The translations under genes were made by a program, and so were the position numbers. From a virus (taxonomy: Duplodnaviria; Caudoviricetes), in IMG/VR virus record IMGVR_UViG_3300037484_000683, positions 1 to 60,033 of that record: a DNA stretch of 60,033 nt; one strand, written 5' to 3'. The notes beneath the pieces were generated by a model. It saw only the letters and a program-made list of their open reading frames with translations, searched no databases and was not told the origin of the DNA. Every line of letters begins with the position of its first letter. Positions within the stretch are counted from its first letter, which is position 1. Shown here piece after piece: positions 9,410 through 19,058 of the stretch.

Positions 9410-9940
9410 TTACTCTTTTTCCTCTGCCACAAAATCAGCCCTGGCCAGCGCGATTCCGGCCTCAAGCGCCCTGACGATCACGTAAGAATTTCCTGCAATA
9501 ACGGCGTAGTAGACTTCATTGACCAGAGCCTGCTCGCCCAGGCCGTTCATCAGCCGTGACAGTGCGCCCTTATTCCGGGCCAACAGGTAGGCAACAATGC
9601 TCTTTAGTTCGTCCGCCTCAAAGGGCTTGTCGAGAAAAGTAATAGCCCCCGACTCGATCAGGGTTTGGCTTATTTCGGCTGGGTTGGTATGTCCCGATAT
9701 TGCCAGAATTGGCATACCGGCCAGGCTAGGATTATCGTGTAAGATTTTGCAAACTTCCGGCCCGTCTGGCTTGCTACCGAGATGGATGTCCAAAACGACC
9801 AGACTGGGCTTGGCCAGCTTGACCAGCCGCAGCGCGTCAAGGCCGGTTGATGCCTCAACTACCATGTGCTCATCGGCCAGTACGTGCCGGATAAAGCCGC
9901 GTACCAGGTCCTCATCATCAATCACCAATATCAGCGCCAT
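9410..9940 (-). CDS. Response regulator receiver-domain protein
   Basis: ILVIDDE, VVLDIHL, AISG and LDKPF receiver motifs. Confidence 0.9.
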   Translation of the reverse strand: MALILVIDDEDLVRGFIRHVLADEHMVVEASTGLDALRLVKLAKPSLVVLDIHLGSKPDGPEVCKILHDNPSLAGMPILAISGHTNPAEISQTLIESGAITFLDKPFEADELKSIVAYLLARNKGALSRLMNGLGEQALVNEVYYAVIAGNSYVIVRALEAGIALARADFVAEEKE

Positions 9941-10482
9941 GCGTCTATCTCCGCTTCCAAATCATCTATCTCGTTCAATATTTCCGGCGGGGACGCTATC
10001 CCCATTTTGGCCGCCTGTTCCTTGAGCCGTTGCAATCGTCTCATTTTGGCTATTTTCTCACTGTGATCACCCGTTAGAGTCAGCGTATCGAAACGCCGGT
10101 TGGCCGCTTCCTGCGCCTGTCGAAGGGCCATCAGGCCGGAAAGTTTGTCGTGAAGCTTTGGATAATTCGGAGGCTTCTCAATATAGCCATCTGCCCCCAA
10201 GCGGGCAGCGCGTTCGCGGCTGATCTTGTCCCCAAAAGCCGAAAGTACAACAACCGGCGTGTTTGGGTCTCTTCGCTTGATAGCTTCCAGAACCACAAAT
10301 CCGCTGACTACTGGTAATCGCAAGTCTAAAATCACCCCATCGAACGTTTCGCTGTCCAGCTTTTGAATCGCCTCATCACCCCGCGTCACTAGCGTCACCC
10401 GCATGCCGCCGTAGCTCTCCAAAATGGCCTGAGCAATAAAGCCGTTTTGATCTTCCACCAGTAGTACGGCCTTCGCTTTCAT
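9931..10482 (-). CDS. Response regulator receiver-domain protein with helical C-terminal module
   Basis: VLLVED, ILDLRLPVVSG, VLSA and IEKP motifs. Confidence 0.9.
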   Translation of the reverse strand: MKAKAVLLVEDQNGFIAQAILESYGGMRVTLVTRGDEAIQKLDSETFDGVILDLRLPVVSGFVVLEAIKRRDPNTPVVVLSAFGDKISRERAARLGADGYIEKPPNYPKLHDKLSGLMALRQAQEAANRRFDTLTLTGDHSEKIAKMRRLQRLKEQAAKMGIASPPEILNEIDDLEAEIDAWR

Positions 10483-10769
10483 TCCGGCGGTCCCGGACTT
10501 AGACTGGCGCTCAGGGTTTGAATCTGTTCAAGTGCAGCCAACAGCTTGGCTTCGAGGATAAGTTTCTCACCCTGAAGCCTGAAATTATCGGTTGTTAAAG
10601 TCTTGTTTTCCTCAGTCAGTCGCCGCCGTTCCTGGCGCTGGTCTCTACGATCAATGTAAGATACTACCGCACCGCCCAGGGCGAAAAGCACCACCACCCC
10701 GAACGCCAGAACCAAAACACCGAAGACAAGATACTCACTGACGGGAAACTCCCTTGACAACAATTCCAC
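10479..10769 (-). CDS. Single-pass membrane protein with coiled coil (holin- or spanin-like candidate)
   Basis: One hydrophobic segment followed by a heptad-rich tail. Confidence 0.55.
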   Translation of the reverse strand: MELLSREFPVSEYLVFGVLVLAFGVVVLFALGGAVVSYIDRRDQRQERRRLTEENKTLTTDNFRLQGEKLILEAKLLAALEQIQTLSASLSPGPPE

Positions 10770-10883
10770 AGCATCTTAACATTTAGCCTTAAGGTGTGAT
10801 ATAATGCCTTAAGGCCAGGCATCCTCTTTGCCTGCGTTTAGCCGGGGCGATTTGCTTCAACACTTCGCCCCGGCGATGGCCAA

Positions 10884-11111
10884 CTATTCGCTGGTGTGAA
10901 AATCTACATAGATAGCCACGCCCAGCTTGAACTGCTTCAAGGCTGCGGGGTTGTCTACCGTCATTTCAATGCGTCCGGTGGGTGTGGCTTTTGAATAGGC
11001 CGCATCCTCTGATAATTCGGGGTCATATTGCGCCGTAAAAACAAGGGTGCGCCCGTCGCCCCCATAGGAATTTTGAGTAATTGATTGCAGAGTGAATTTA
11101 CCGCGTACCAT
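10884..11111 (-). CDS. Hypothetical phage protein
   Basis: AGGAG RBS before ATG at 11111; ORF track 10884..11144. Confidence 0.7.
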   Translation of the reverse strand: MVRGKFTLQSITQNSYGGDGRTLVFTAQYDPELSEDAAYSKATPTGRIEMTVDNPAALKQFKLGVAIYVDFHTSE

Positions 11112-11130
11112 GATGCTTCTCCTATGCCAA

Positions 11131-11178
11131 ACAAAAAAGGCCACAAAACCGGGCGCTCTGCCCAGTCCAGTGACCTTT
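11131..11178 (-). terminator. Intrinsic terminator-like hairpin in the leader of 10884..11111
   Basis: Minus strand AAAGGTCAC...GTGGCCTTT stem followed by a T-run. Confidence 0.6.
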
Positions 11179-11689
11179 GCAACTCAAATTATGGCCCAAT
11201 GCGGGCCGGATACCATTGCTCAATTTTCCTCCGGTAGGTGTGTTACCGGTGGTAGCGTGCTGGGGCGCTTGGCGGCTATCCTGGTGCGGATGCTGCGCCC
11301 CGTTGTAAAAGTTTGCCGGGATAACGCGCCCGGCTCGCGTCACGTGATTATATTTTCTTAGCCTATAAACGGCTTGAAATTCTGCTTAGAGTGCCGGTTA
11401 CGCTTTCCGGCTTGCCGTTCTACGACAACGCCCCCTTTGGGGACTGTAGGCTCTCGGCCCGTGTTCTTCGTGGGAACGGGTTGCTGCTGCCATTTTATCA
11501 TCTATATTTTAACGGGAGGGTTACGCCCGGCCTGTGAGCCGCCGGGTGGCTTTTACTCGCCTTGATCCCCCTGTCGTTGGGGGAGGCCCCTCCCAATGTG
11601 AATTGAGTTTTGCCGGGAAAATTATACCCCGCCCGGCTGAGGTAGCGACAACAGTTTAAAGAGTATGCCGCCTATATGGCCTCACTTAG

Positions 11690-11718
11690 AGTGTAGCACA
11701 GTTGTGCGGGTTTGTAAA
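11690..11718 (-). promoter_or_regulatory. Sigma70-type promoter candidate
   Basis: Minus strand TTTACA-17 nt-TACACT with a TG extension. Confidence 0.5.
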
Positions 11719-11736
11719 GCGGCTGATATATCAGCC

Positions 11737-11958
11737 TCACTCGATAACCCGCCGCGCCTCACCCCCGCTGTCCATCGGCTCCGCTGTCACCTCCCTGGCT
11801 ATCCCCTCGACAAAATAGGCGGCTATCCGGTAGGCCGTCTGGGGTGATGTGCCGAATAGTACGCAGGTATTTTTTGCCCATTCCCCGATTTCCAAAAGGG
11901 CATCGTTGCGGGTGGCAAGGTTTCTCAGGCGGGCGTTGATGCGTTGGGGGATGTTCAT
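11737..11958 (-). CDS. Hypothetical protein
   Basis: Coupled ORF in the minus-strand operon. Confidence 0.55.
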   Translation of the reverse strand: MNIPQRINARLRNLATRNDALLEIGEWAKNTCVLFGTSPQTAYRIAAYFVEGIAREVTAEPMDSGGEARRVIE

Positions 11959-12194
11959 TTAGCCACCACCCGCCGCGCCTCTGCTATCTGCGGCCCGGCG
12001 GCGCGGTCAACTAGCCAGTTGGGTTCGAGTTTATCCAGCCCGGCCAGCAAGGCCAGCAGCACCCGCCGCAGTTCCGCATTCTCCGCCGTCAGCGCGGCCA
12101 GGTCGCTGGCGAGCACTTGCGCGGTTTGCCAGCCGAGCGAGGGCTGCTGGGCCGGGGGGAGGTGGCCGCCGTAGGGTATTCTTCGTTCAGACAT
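11955..12194 (-). CDS. Hypothetical protein
   Basis: GGAGG RBS; coupled ORF. Confidence 0.6.
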   Translation of the reverse strand: MSERRIPYGGHLPPAQQPSLGWQTAQVLASDLAALTAENAELRRVLLALLAGLDKLEPNWLVDRAAGPQIAEARRVVAK

Positions 12195-12197
12195 TGG

Positions 12198-13769
12198 TTA
12201 GGTTCCTCCTGCAAACATAAAGGTTTGGGCGGCGTGAATTTCCTCAGCCGCTAAAATGGCTTTGGGGTCTGATTGGCCAAAGCGGAGCCAATCAGACCAC
12301 CATTCGAGGCGACGGCAGGCAATGCTGGCAAATTTTGGATCTATTTCTACCGCGAGCACTTCATCCCAACCGGCCAACAATGCTCCGATTGGAAGCGATC
12401 CCGTTCCGCTGGTGCAATCTATCATCCGCCGGGGGGCGTACTCAGCCGGCGGTAAGAATAGGCCCGAAATATGTTTGCACAATTTTATAGGCTTCAGCGT
12501 GGGGTGATTATTTTCTTGCCACGTCGTGGCGAATCGCGGTTCTCTTTCCAACCCGCCAGGATTGACCCGGTGGCGCTCCGATAGCGGCATGCCGGACAGG
12601 CCGGCGTTACGCTCGGCTACCTGGACTTTACCCGTGTAAAAAACGGGGTTTGTTTCGGCCAGGCGCTCGGTTATTTCGTGCGTCCAATCGGCCTGATAAA
12701 AATGATAACTCTTTTCATCACCCGTCTGCGCATCAAGGCGGGCCACCGGACAATCCGGGTGGCAGAGGTAGTCAGGGACAGCGATCATGCCGGAGGCGTC
12801 GCCTTTGGCCCTGTAGGGGGTATGTTTCTCCATTTTGTTGTAGATTCCATTTTTACCCATTGCCTGCCCAGGCGGGTCGACTACATCTCCGCTATTGTTT
12901 TTAATCATCTTCACCCCCCGATACTCGCAGCCCGGATGATGCGTTATCATCAGATGACCCGGATGACCACGCCCCGGCATACCGTTTTTACCGGCCTCGA
13001 TATTGACCGCGCCCGCGCCGGTTGCCGTGATGGTGTCTAGCCGGTCAAGGCCGTGCCATGGCGCTTGGGCGATTAGAATCGGCTCAAGCTCAGGAGCTAG
13101 GGGTGAGCCGTATTGATGGCCGGCCCAGGTGCGGGCGAGGGGGGAAAGCGGAGTCCCGTTTGAAATATCCCCCTTGCCTTTGACGTGGGGTACTATCTTG
13201 TCAAACGCTTCGGCCTTGCCATTTCGGTAATCACCGCCGCTATTTACCTTGCCCATATGCCCGCCGTTGATTCTGTCGGTTCGATTCGCCCCTGCCCGCT
13301 TATCAAGCAAAAGCCCCATATTTGTACCATTCGGTTTCCCGGACGAATATACCCAGCCAAGTTGATACAGCGCCGGATTCATCACATAGCCCGCGCAACG
13401 CTGGGCAAAAGCAAGTAAGTCCTGCTTGCGCGGGTGGCTGAAGCTGGCCGTAAATGCACCGGGGTGCAGGTGAGGCAACAGGGCGGCCCAAGTTTCGGGG
13501 CGATAGGCCAGATCAGTATCCCAACGAGCGCCCATAAAACCGGCCGATTGCCGCGCAAAGGCCCCGTCGCGGCCAAATTTAGCCGGGGCGCTATTAGGAT
13601 TGCCAAAACGTTTGGTTTGAGACTCCAGGTTATACGGCCAGTCATCAAAGCAAAAATGGAAAAAAGATTGCTCATACTGCCTCTGCCAGAGTGACCCGGC
13701 CAAGTAATCCAACACGTCACCCTGAACGACTGTCCACTTTTCGCCCTGGCCTATGATTTTATAACTCAT
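12198..13769 (-). CDS. Amino (N6A/N4C) DNA methyltransferase, beta class, with divergent motifs
   Basis: DWPY in place of DPPY, HPTLKP, DCTSGTGS and EID motifs in beta order. Confidence 0.8.
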   Translation of the reverse strand: MSYKIIGQGEKWTVVQGDVLDYLAGSLWQRQYEQSFFHFCFDDWPYNLESQTKRFGNPNSAPAKFGRDGAFARQSAGFMGARWDTDLAYRPETWAALLPHLHPGAFTASFSHPRKQDLLAFAQRCAGYVMNPALYQLGWVYSSGKPNGTNMGLLLDKRAGANRTDRINGGHMGKVNSGGDYRNGKAEAFDKIVPHVKGKGDISNGTPLSPLARTWAGHQYGSPLAPELEPILIAQAPWHGLDRLDTITATGAGAVNIEAGKNGMPGRGHPGHLMITHHPGCEYRGVKMIKNNSGDVVDPPGQAMGKNGIYNKMEKHTPYRAKGDASGMIAVPDYLCHPDCPVARLDAQTGDEKSYHFYQADWTHEITERLAETNPVFYTGKVQVAERNAGLSGMPLSERHRVNPGGLEREPRFATTWQENNHPTLKPIKLCKHISGLFLPPAEYAPRRMIDCTSGTGSLPIGALLAGWDEVLAVEIDPKFASIACRRLEWWSDWLRFGQSDPKAILAAEEIHAAQTFMFAGGT

Positions 13770-14188
13770 CTCTCCCCCTCGCCCGCCGCCCGCAGTGTTG
13801 CATCACCTGCACCCGTACTTTGGGTGTGAGCTTGACGAAGGGCCGCGATGAAGGCCGTCAGGAGGGCGGTAGGAACGTCAACCGCGTGGGCTGAGAAATA
13901 ATCTTGTCTCGCTGGTATCTCGACTTTGGCATATGATACGCCTGCCATTGATTCTATCCTGAGTGACCACCCCCGCGCCGCTATCGCCGCCTCCAGCGCG
14001 TCACGTAGCCAGGCGAGGGCGGGGGAGCCGGTAATGGGCCACTTGCAGCCAAACGCGGCGTATAACTCATCGCTATTAAGCCAAAACTCATAATCACTAA
14101 TTCGATACCTGACCGGGGAAAACCCAATAGTAATTTTCCGGCAAACATCCGGCCCGGCCTCGCTCAACTGCTGCAATAATTCTATCAT
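13766..14188 (-). CDS. Hypothetical protein
   Basis: ATGA coupling, RBS. Confidence 0.6.
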   Translation of the reverse strand: MIELLQQLSEAGPDVCRKITIGFSPVRYRISDYEFWLNSDELYAAFGCKWPITGSPALAWLRDALEAAIAARGWSLRIESMAGVSYAKVEIPARQDYFSAHAVDVPTALLTAFIAALRQAHTQSTGAGDATLRAAGEGER

Positions 14189-14439
14189 CGCTCACCTTCC
14201 TTTTCCGTTTCTGGCTCTGGCCTCATTGCCTCGTGTACCAGCCCGCAAGTTGTACATTTCCAGCCGTTGTCCTGCCAGCAATACAAGCACCAGCAGGTAT
14301 TGTCGCAATCTGCACAGGGTATAAATTCATCCTGTAGCACGGCGAATCCACAGCCAGAACAAACAATGCGGTCTTGATTACTGATTTGTGTCAGGGTCAA
14401 GAGTTCTCCTAAAGGGGTTGGATATTTTTTCTGTTTCAT
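14185..14439 (-). CDS. Cys-rich Zn-finger-like protein
   Basis: Four CxxC pairs. Confidence 0.6.
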   Translation of the reverse strand: MKQKKYPTPLGELLTLTQISNQDRIVCSGCGFAVLQDEFIPCADCDNTCWCLYCWQDNGWKCTTCGLVHEAMRPEPETEKEGER

Positions 14440-14654
14440 CGCTCGATTCCTTCCTTTTCCGTTTCTACCGTCACCACCTCAACACCCGTTAAAAGCCGGG
14501 TGCAAGCCTTCACCCGCGTCTCTACTGCCGGCACCAGCAGCCCCGGCTTCGTGGGATGCGGTAGCCAAATGAGCGAGCCGGGTACGACCTCGCGGCCTGA
14601 TGCGCGGATGAGGTCGAGTTCGTCAAGGATGGGTAGGGGGTGGGTTGGGGTCAT
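14436..14654 (-). CDS. Hypothetical protein
   Basis: ATGA coupling, GGAGG RBS. Confidence 0.55.
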   Translation of the reverse strand: MTPTHPLPILDELDLIRASGREVVPGSLIWLPHPTKPGLLVPAVETRVKACTRLLTGVEVVTVETEKEGIER

Positions 14655-14866
14655 ATCGTCGCCTCTTTCAAGAAAGTCTCTCCGGCCTCAGTAATGTAAT
14701 ACTTGCCGGTATGAAACGAGTTGGCTAATCCGCGCCTTTTCAAAGCACGGGCCACGCTCAACCATTTGGCTTGACCGTAGCCGGCTAACTGTACCTCGTG
14801 GTCCTTATGGGCGGCCAGGTGATTTAGTAATTTAAGTTGATGCTCTGATAATTTTTGGTCTTTCAT
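14651..14866 (-). CDS. Small winged-helix-like protein
   Basis: Start at MKDQKL; LSEHQLKLL...ALKRRGL...YITEAG pattern. Confidence 0.6.
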   Translation of the reverse strand: MKDQKLSEHQLKLLNHLAAHKDHEVQLAGYGQAKWLSVARALKRRGLANSFHTGKYYITEAGETFLKEATI

Positions 14867-14906
14867 CGCTCTCTCGCTTTCCTTCCCGGCCCGCGTGGGG
14901 GGGGGT

Positions 14907-15731
14907 CTACCGCCGCATTTTAGGCCGGGCGCTGGGTGCTGTGTTTTCAACCACTTTGAACCTGCCATCTCTTACGCGGTCCCAAGCCGCCTCCGGTAAC
15001 GTGGCCGGGTTTTCGTTGCTGGCAAACAGGGTTATGGTCTGGCCGGCCAGTGCCGCCCGGTAACGCTCATCTAAAAAATCAAAGCGAAAGTCCTGCATAA
15101 AGGGGGTTTCCCTGGCCTTGTCCATTTCGTCTATGGCCAGCACCTTAACCGCCTTCAGCCGTTCAAACCGGGCAATGTAACCCATATCAACATCAGGATC
15201 GCTGTCTTTCTTTTTGCGCTCGCTGTAGGCATCCCGCATAAATTCGATCAAACTGGTGAATTTGGTATAAACCGCCGGCCCGTTGCCGGTGCGATTCAGT
15301 TCGTTGACAATGGCTATCAGGACTTCGCTTTTGGCATTGCCAGGCCCGCCCCAAATGTATAGCCAACCGAATGGATCACTGACCATCTTACGGGCCGCCG
15401 CGAGCATGGCCCGGTTGCCATCCATTGGGTTGATGTCCTTTAGGCTGCGGTTTAATTCAGCCGGTAACATATTCGATACTTTAGCCATCCGCTGGAGTCG
15501 TTCCTCCTGATGCCAGGCGTTGGGGCAGGGAATCGGCTTGCCAAATCCAGGTTGACCGGGGTCTACATCGGCCCGCAGGAAGCCAGCGCCGGAACAGTCA
15601 GGGCACGGTGTTGGCTGGTTCGGTGTGACCGTCGGGATACTCAAGGAGTCCGGTGTAGGGGTCAAAGACTGGCTTGCTATCGAGGTTGCCTGATTGACGA
15701 TGGCTCTGACTACTTCGGTTATTGTTTCCAT
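14907..15731 (-). CDS. DnaC/IstB-like helicase loader ATPase
   Basis: CPDC Zn site, WLYIWGGPGNAKS (variant Walker A), VLAIDEMD, FASN; follows the initiator. Confidence 0.88.
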   Translation of the reverse strand: METITEVVRAIVNQATSIASQSLTPTPDSLSIPTVTPNQPTPCPDCSGAGFLRADVDPGQPGFGKPIPCPNAWHQEERLQRMAKVSNMLPAELNRSLKDINPMDGNRAMLAAARKMVSDPFGWLYIWGGPGNAKSEVLIAIVNELNRTGNGPAVYTKFTSLIEFMRDAYSERKKKDSDPDVDMGYIARFERLKAVKVLAIDEMDKARETPFMQDFRFDFLDERYRAALAGQTITLFASNENPATLPEAAWDRVRDGRFKVVENTAPSARPKMRR

Positions 15732-16542
15732 TTTGGGTTACTCCGTTTTTGTTTCTTGGTTTAGACAGTGCTGATTTTATCGCCGGTATTGCATCCCCCA
15801 GGCCCATGCCCTTATTAGCCGCCCATTCTGCCAAAGCAGAGACCTCCGGCTCTCCGTGTTTCTCGGTCAGGCCGCATAAGGTTTGATACTGAGTAGGGTT
15901 CTTAAAACGCTTGGCATTAAAGCGGGCTAAAAAACCACGCTGAAAATCAGTATATTCAATCCTGCCAGGCGAGGAATCTAAAACCGGCGAGGGCGGCATT
16001 GTGCCATCTTCTCCGTTAGGAGAAGATTCTTTTAAAGGTGTTTCTTGAGAGTCTTTCTTCAAGTGCAAATCTTGCATAGTAGGCTGTGCAAATTCTGCAT
16101 TGTCAGTGTGCAAATCTTGCATAGTAGATACCTGTTGCTGTGCATTATTTGCACTGTCACTATGCAAATTTCGCATACCAACATCATTATCCTGTTGGAT
16201 AGTAGCTTGCTCGGTATGCGAAATTTGCATAGTAGTTATTAAAGCCTCGCCCTTTTTGGTGCAATAGGTGTGCGGTTTATTTCTCAGGCCGGGAGTCAAA
16301 TCCTCAACGTAGCCATCCTCAATCAACTTGTCCAGATACTTTATGATTGTCCGTCGTGACATTTTAGCCCGCGCTGCAATCGTATCGTGTGAGGCCGTGC
16401 ATGATCCGTTTTCCATCTGACAGTAACGCCACACGACGCCCCAAACATAAGCCGGCTCAAAGGCGGGTGCATACCGCTTTAATAGCTCATCAGGGACGGG
16501 CGTGAATCCTCCGGCGTTATCGAGAAATGGATTTGTTGTCAC
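15598..16542 (-). CDS. Replication initiator with N-terminal HTH
   Basis: FTPVPD, ASHDTIAARAKMSRRTIIKYLDKLIEDGY; internal iterons. Confidence 0.85.
   Translation of the reverse strand: MTTNPFLDNAGGFTPVPDELLKRYAPAFEPAYVWGVVWRYCQMENGSCTASHDTIAARAKMSRRTIIKYLDKLIEDGYVEDLTPGLRNKPHTYCTKKGEALITTMQISHTEQATIQQDNDVGMRNLHSDSANNAQQQVSTMQDLHTDNAEFAQPTMQDLHLKKDSQETPLKESSPNGEDGTMPPSPVLDSSPGRIEYTDFQRGFLARFNAKRFKNPTQYQTLCGLTEKHGEPEVSALAEWAANKGMGLGDAIPAIKSALSKPRNKNGVTQNGNNNRSSQSHRQSGNLDSKPVFDPYTGLLEYPDGHTEPANTVP
16064..16229. repeat. Iterons, probable replication origin
   Basis: Six copies of about TGCA-N5-TGCA (16064, 16087, 16109, 16141, 16163, 16217) inside the initiator gene, as in lambdoid origins. Confidence 0.8.
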
Positions 16543-16560
16543 ATCGGCCTCGCTCTCAAT

Positions 16561-17595
16561 TTAGTACGGTATATCACTACACAAGATGTCCTCAGCCGCC
16601 CCCACCGCCGCCGCGCCCTGCTCTGCCCATAGCGTAGCTTGCTCTTTTACCGGCAGGTACTTAGCGAAGTCCCGGCGATATTCCAGCCAGGGAACAATTT
16701 TGTAATATCGGCGTACTGCCCAGCGTTGAAACTTCTTTAGCTCTTTATCCTGATTGTTATAGACCATTGGATAAGGCAGGATTCCCCGCGCTGTCATTCG
16801 CTCGAAGCGGTATAAAATCCGTTCCATTGTTTCAGACGGGTCAAAACCGATCAGCATATAAACCATTAAATGACTTGGGGGAATACCGGCCTGCTCTAAC
16901 CGGCCAACACCCTCAAAGAATATGCGCTCATCTCTGAGATTGTCCCAGGCTGTATATAATCGCCGGTTTTTGAATTGGTCATCATAATAGCGAATTTGAT
17001 TTAACCAGTAGGCCGCCTCATCTGTTACCAGCCGGATATTGATCCCCTGATTAAAGCAGACTTTGAAGCCGCCTGTTTTAATTTCTCCGATCCGCTGTAA
17101 CCATTGCTCTTTTGGCTGCCCAAAAAAGTCATTGTCCAGCAGGCAGACATGGCGCGGGGTATCGGGCCTCCAAATATCATAAATCGTATTGATAGACCGG
17201 GGCCGGCCTTCCTTTTTCGGCACAACGCAAAAGCCGCAATTTAGCCGGCACCCGCGCTGAGTAAATCCTATTGACCATTGATACTCAGGGTAGATTGAAT
17301 AATCATAGTGTTCATATTCAGTACCTATAATTTGCTCAATTGTTCCGGGGTTTCCGGTTCCGGTTCCCCCGACAACCGCGCCGGGCCATAGGGCTTTGAA
17401 TTGCTCGGTTCGTTTCTGGCTAAAGGTAAAGACGGTCGAACCATAAATAATATCGTATTCAGGCTCAAGAAAACTGCGGTTAATTCGCGGGGTAAAATAA
17501 ACCTCATCACCCCGGCTTTTGTGCCAATGGGCGAGCTTCATTAGGGCTAAATTTGGCAGCTTACCGTCAATGTGCGTTAGCCTAACTACTGTCAT
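16561..17595 (-). CDS. Radical SAM protein
   Basis: QRGCRLNCGFC (CxxxCxxC), N-terminal PNLALMKL, LLDNDF. Confidence 0.88.
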   Translation of the reverse strand: MTVVRLTHIDGKLPNLALMKLAHWHKSRGDEVYFTPRINRSFLEPEYDIIYGSTVFTFSQKRTEQFKALWPGAVVGGTGTGNPGTIEQIIGTEYEHYDYSIYPEYQWSIGFTQRGCRLNCGFCVVPKKEGRPRSINTIYDIWRPDTPRHVCLLDNDFFGQPKEQWLQRIGEIKTGGFKVCFNQGINIRLVTDEAAYWLNQIRYYDDQFKNRRLYTAWDNLRDERIFFEGVGRLEQAGIPPSHLMVYMLIGFDPSETMERILYRFERMTARGILPYPMVYNNQDKELKKFQRWAVRRYYKIVPWLEYRRDFAKYLPVKEQATLWAEQGAAAVGAAEDILCSDIPY

Positions 17596-17879
17596 TGCTC
17601 TTGCCCCTTACTCAGCATTGCCTCAACTTCGCTGACTGCTTCCGCGCCCTGCTCCCTCAACATCCCGGCGTTCAGCGCGTCTTGATAGCGCACCGTCTCC
17701 GCTGTGATCTCAGCTTGCAGTTCAAGACGCTCTGCAAAGATACGCAAAACAAGCGCATCACTATCGCACAATTGGCGACGGAGCGCGGTTAGACGTTTTT
17801 GGATTTGTAGGGGGGTGGCCGGGGAATCGGCCAGGGTTTGCCCGTTTTGGGCAGGTTGGGGTATATTACTTTGTGCCAT
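17592..17879 (-). CDS. Hypothetical coiled-coil protein
   Basis: AAGGA RBS before ATG at 17879. Confidence 0.6.
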   Translation of the reverse strand: MAQSNIPQPAQNGQTLADSPATPLQIQKRLTALRRQLCDSDALVLRIFAERLELQAEITAETVRYQDALNAGMLREQGAEAVSEVEAMLSKGQEQ

Positions 17880-18145
17880 CTGAAAGCTAATCCTTTCTTT
17901 TGGTAGGGCCGGGTAAATGTTTGCGCGTTTACCCGGCCTATTTATTTTTAAGGGGAAAAAGAAAACCCCAGTGAAGCCAACTGTCCTATCCTTGAAGTTG
18001 CAGCGCAAGGCCGCAATTACAAAGCAGTTAACCCCACCGGGGATTCTAGCAAGAGTATAATGTTTTTGCGCGGACAAAGAAAAAACTTGCGCGTTTACAA
18101 CTTCAAAGATAGGTAAATACATTGTACTCTATTTTCTCTGATAAG

Positions 18146-18409
18146 TCAATTAGAACTTTCCAACAAATTCGGCGGGCCGAGTCCGGCCCGCTTCTGGTCC
18201 CGCATTGTCCGAAACATCTTGAAAATCACGTCAAGCGCCGACTCCCGGCCTAATCCTTTGACCCCGCAGAGCGTGACAATCATCGCCTCGATTCGCTCCT
18301 GTTCGCCCGCTGGTAGTTTGGACAGGCGACGTTCGAGTTGGTCGCTGTAGGTTTTGTCAGCCCGATGAAATGATAATGTGAGGGGAATTAAAGTTTTCTT
18401 TTTGCTCAT
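18146..18409 (-). CDS. Hypothetical protein
   Basis: ATGA coupling. Confidence 0.6.
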   Translation of the reverse strand: MSKKKTLIPLTLSFHRADKTYSDQLERRLSKLPAGEQERIEAMIVTLCGVKGLGRESALDVIFKMFRTMRDQKRAGLGPPNLLESSN

Positions 18410-18744
18410 TTTCCCACCTTGATAATGGTCAACTCCAAGTCAGGGTAACGATACTCAAACAGTTTTTGCTTAATCCGAAATGTATCAGTCAAAACGCCTT
18501 TTGTGTCCTCGATTACCCGCTTGCCCCCGGCGTAGTAAGCAAAGTCAGCCTCATAGCTTATCGCCTGGTAACGCTTGCCCCGCTTGGTGAATCCGGCCTG
18601 CAACTCGAAAACCGGATGCACTTCCAGGCCGGTTATTTCGCCGGCGTACTCTCGGAGTTGTAAACCTTGATAGTGATGAAATTCAGCGACGGAATCAAAG
18701 ACAAATCCCGCGTAGTGAACTTTGCGATTGTTGAATTTACTCAC
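18406..18744 (-). CDS. DUF1064-type PD-(D/E)XK nuclease
   Basis: SKFNN, FDSVAE, YEADFAY, IEDTKG motifs. Confidence 0.85.
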   Translation of the reverse strand: MSKFNNRKVHYAGFVFDSVAEFHHYQGLQLREYAGEITGLEVHPVFELQAGFTKRGKRYQAISYEADFAYYAGGKRVIEDTKGVLTDTFRIKQKLFEYRYPDLELTIIKVGK

Positions 18745-19058
18745 TCCGCACCCTCCCCCGACAGCGCCTTAAGCAGTTGACTTTGCAAAACCAACCTGTC
18801 ACTTGCGTGATTTAACTGGACTTCCAGAGCGTGGTACGATCTCCGCATTTCCTCCAACTCCACCCGCGCCGGGTGCTGCTCACAGGTGCGCCAGTGGTCG
18901 AGCACCGCCGGATCATCATTCCAAAATGTAGTGCCACAATAGGCACAAGTGGCGGCAACCAGGTCAAGCCGGGCTTGTAGCTGGTCAACGGTGGATTGCT
19001 TAAAGAGCAGCTCAATTTGTAGCGCTTTGATTTTGGTGAGGAGTTCGGTTTTGGTCAT
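18741..19058 (-). CDS. Hypothetical protein with CxxC...HxxxC
   Basis: GGAGG RBS before MTKTEL. Confidence 0.6.
   Translation of the reverse strand: MTKTELLTKIKALQIELLFKQSTVDQLQARLDLVAATCAYCGTTFWNDDPAVLDHWRTCEQHPARVELEEMRRSYHALEVQLNHASDRLVLQSQLLKALSGEGAE

Noticed and set aside
9355-9410. Programmed frameshift joining an 18-codon ORF to 9121..9358
   Set aside because: No slippery sequence; ATGA coupling, a natural indel or a sequencing error explain it equally well
11122-11718. tRNA genes in the long intergenic region
   Set aside because: No cloverleaf with a T-loop GTTCRA motif found by eye
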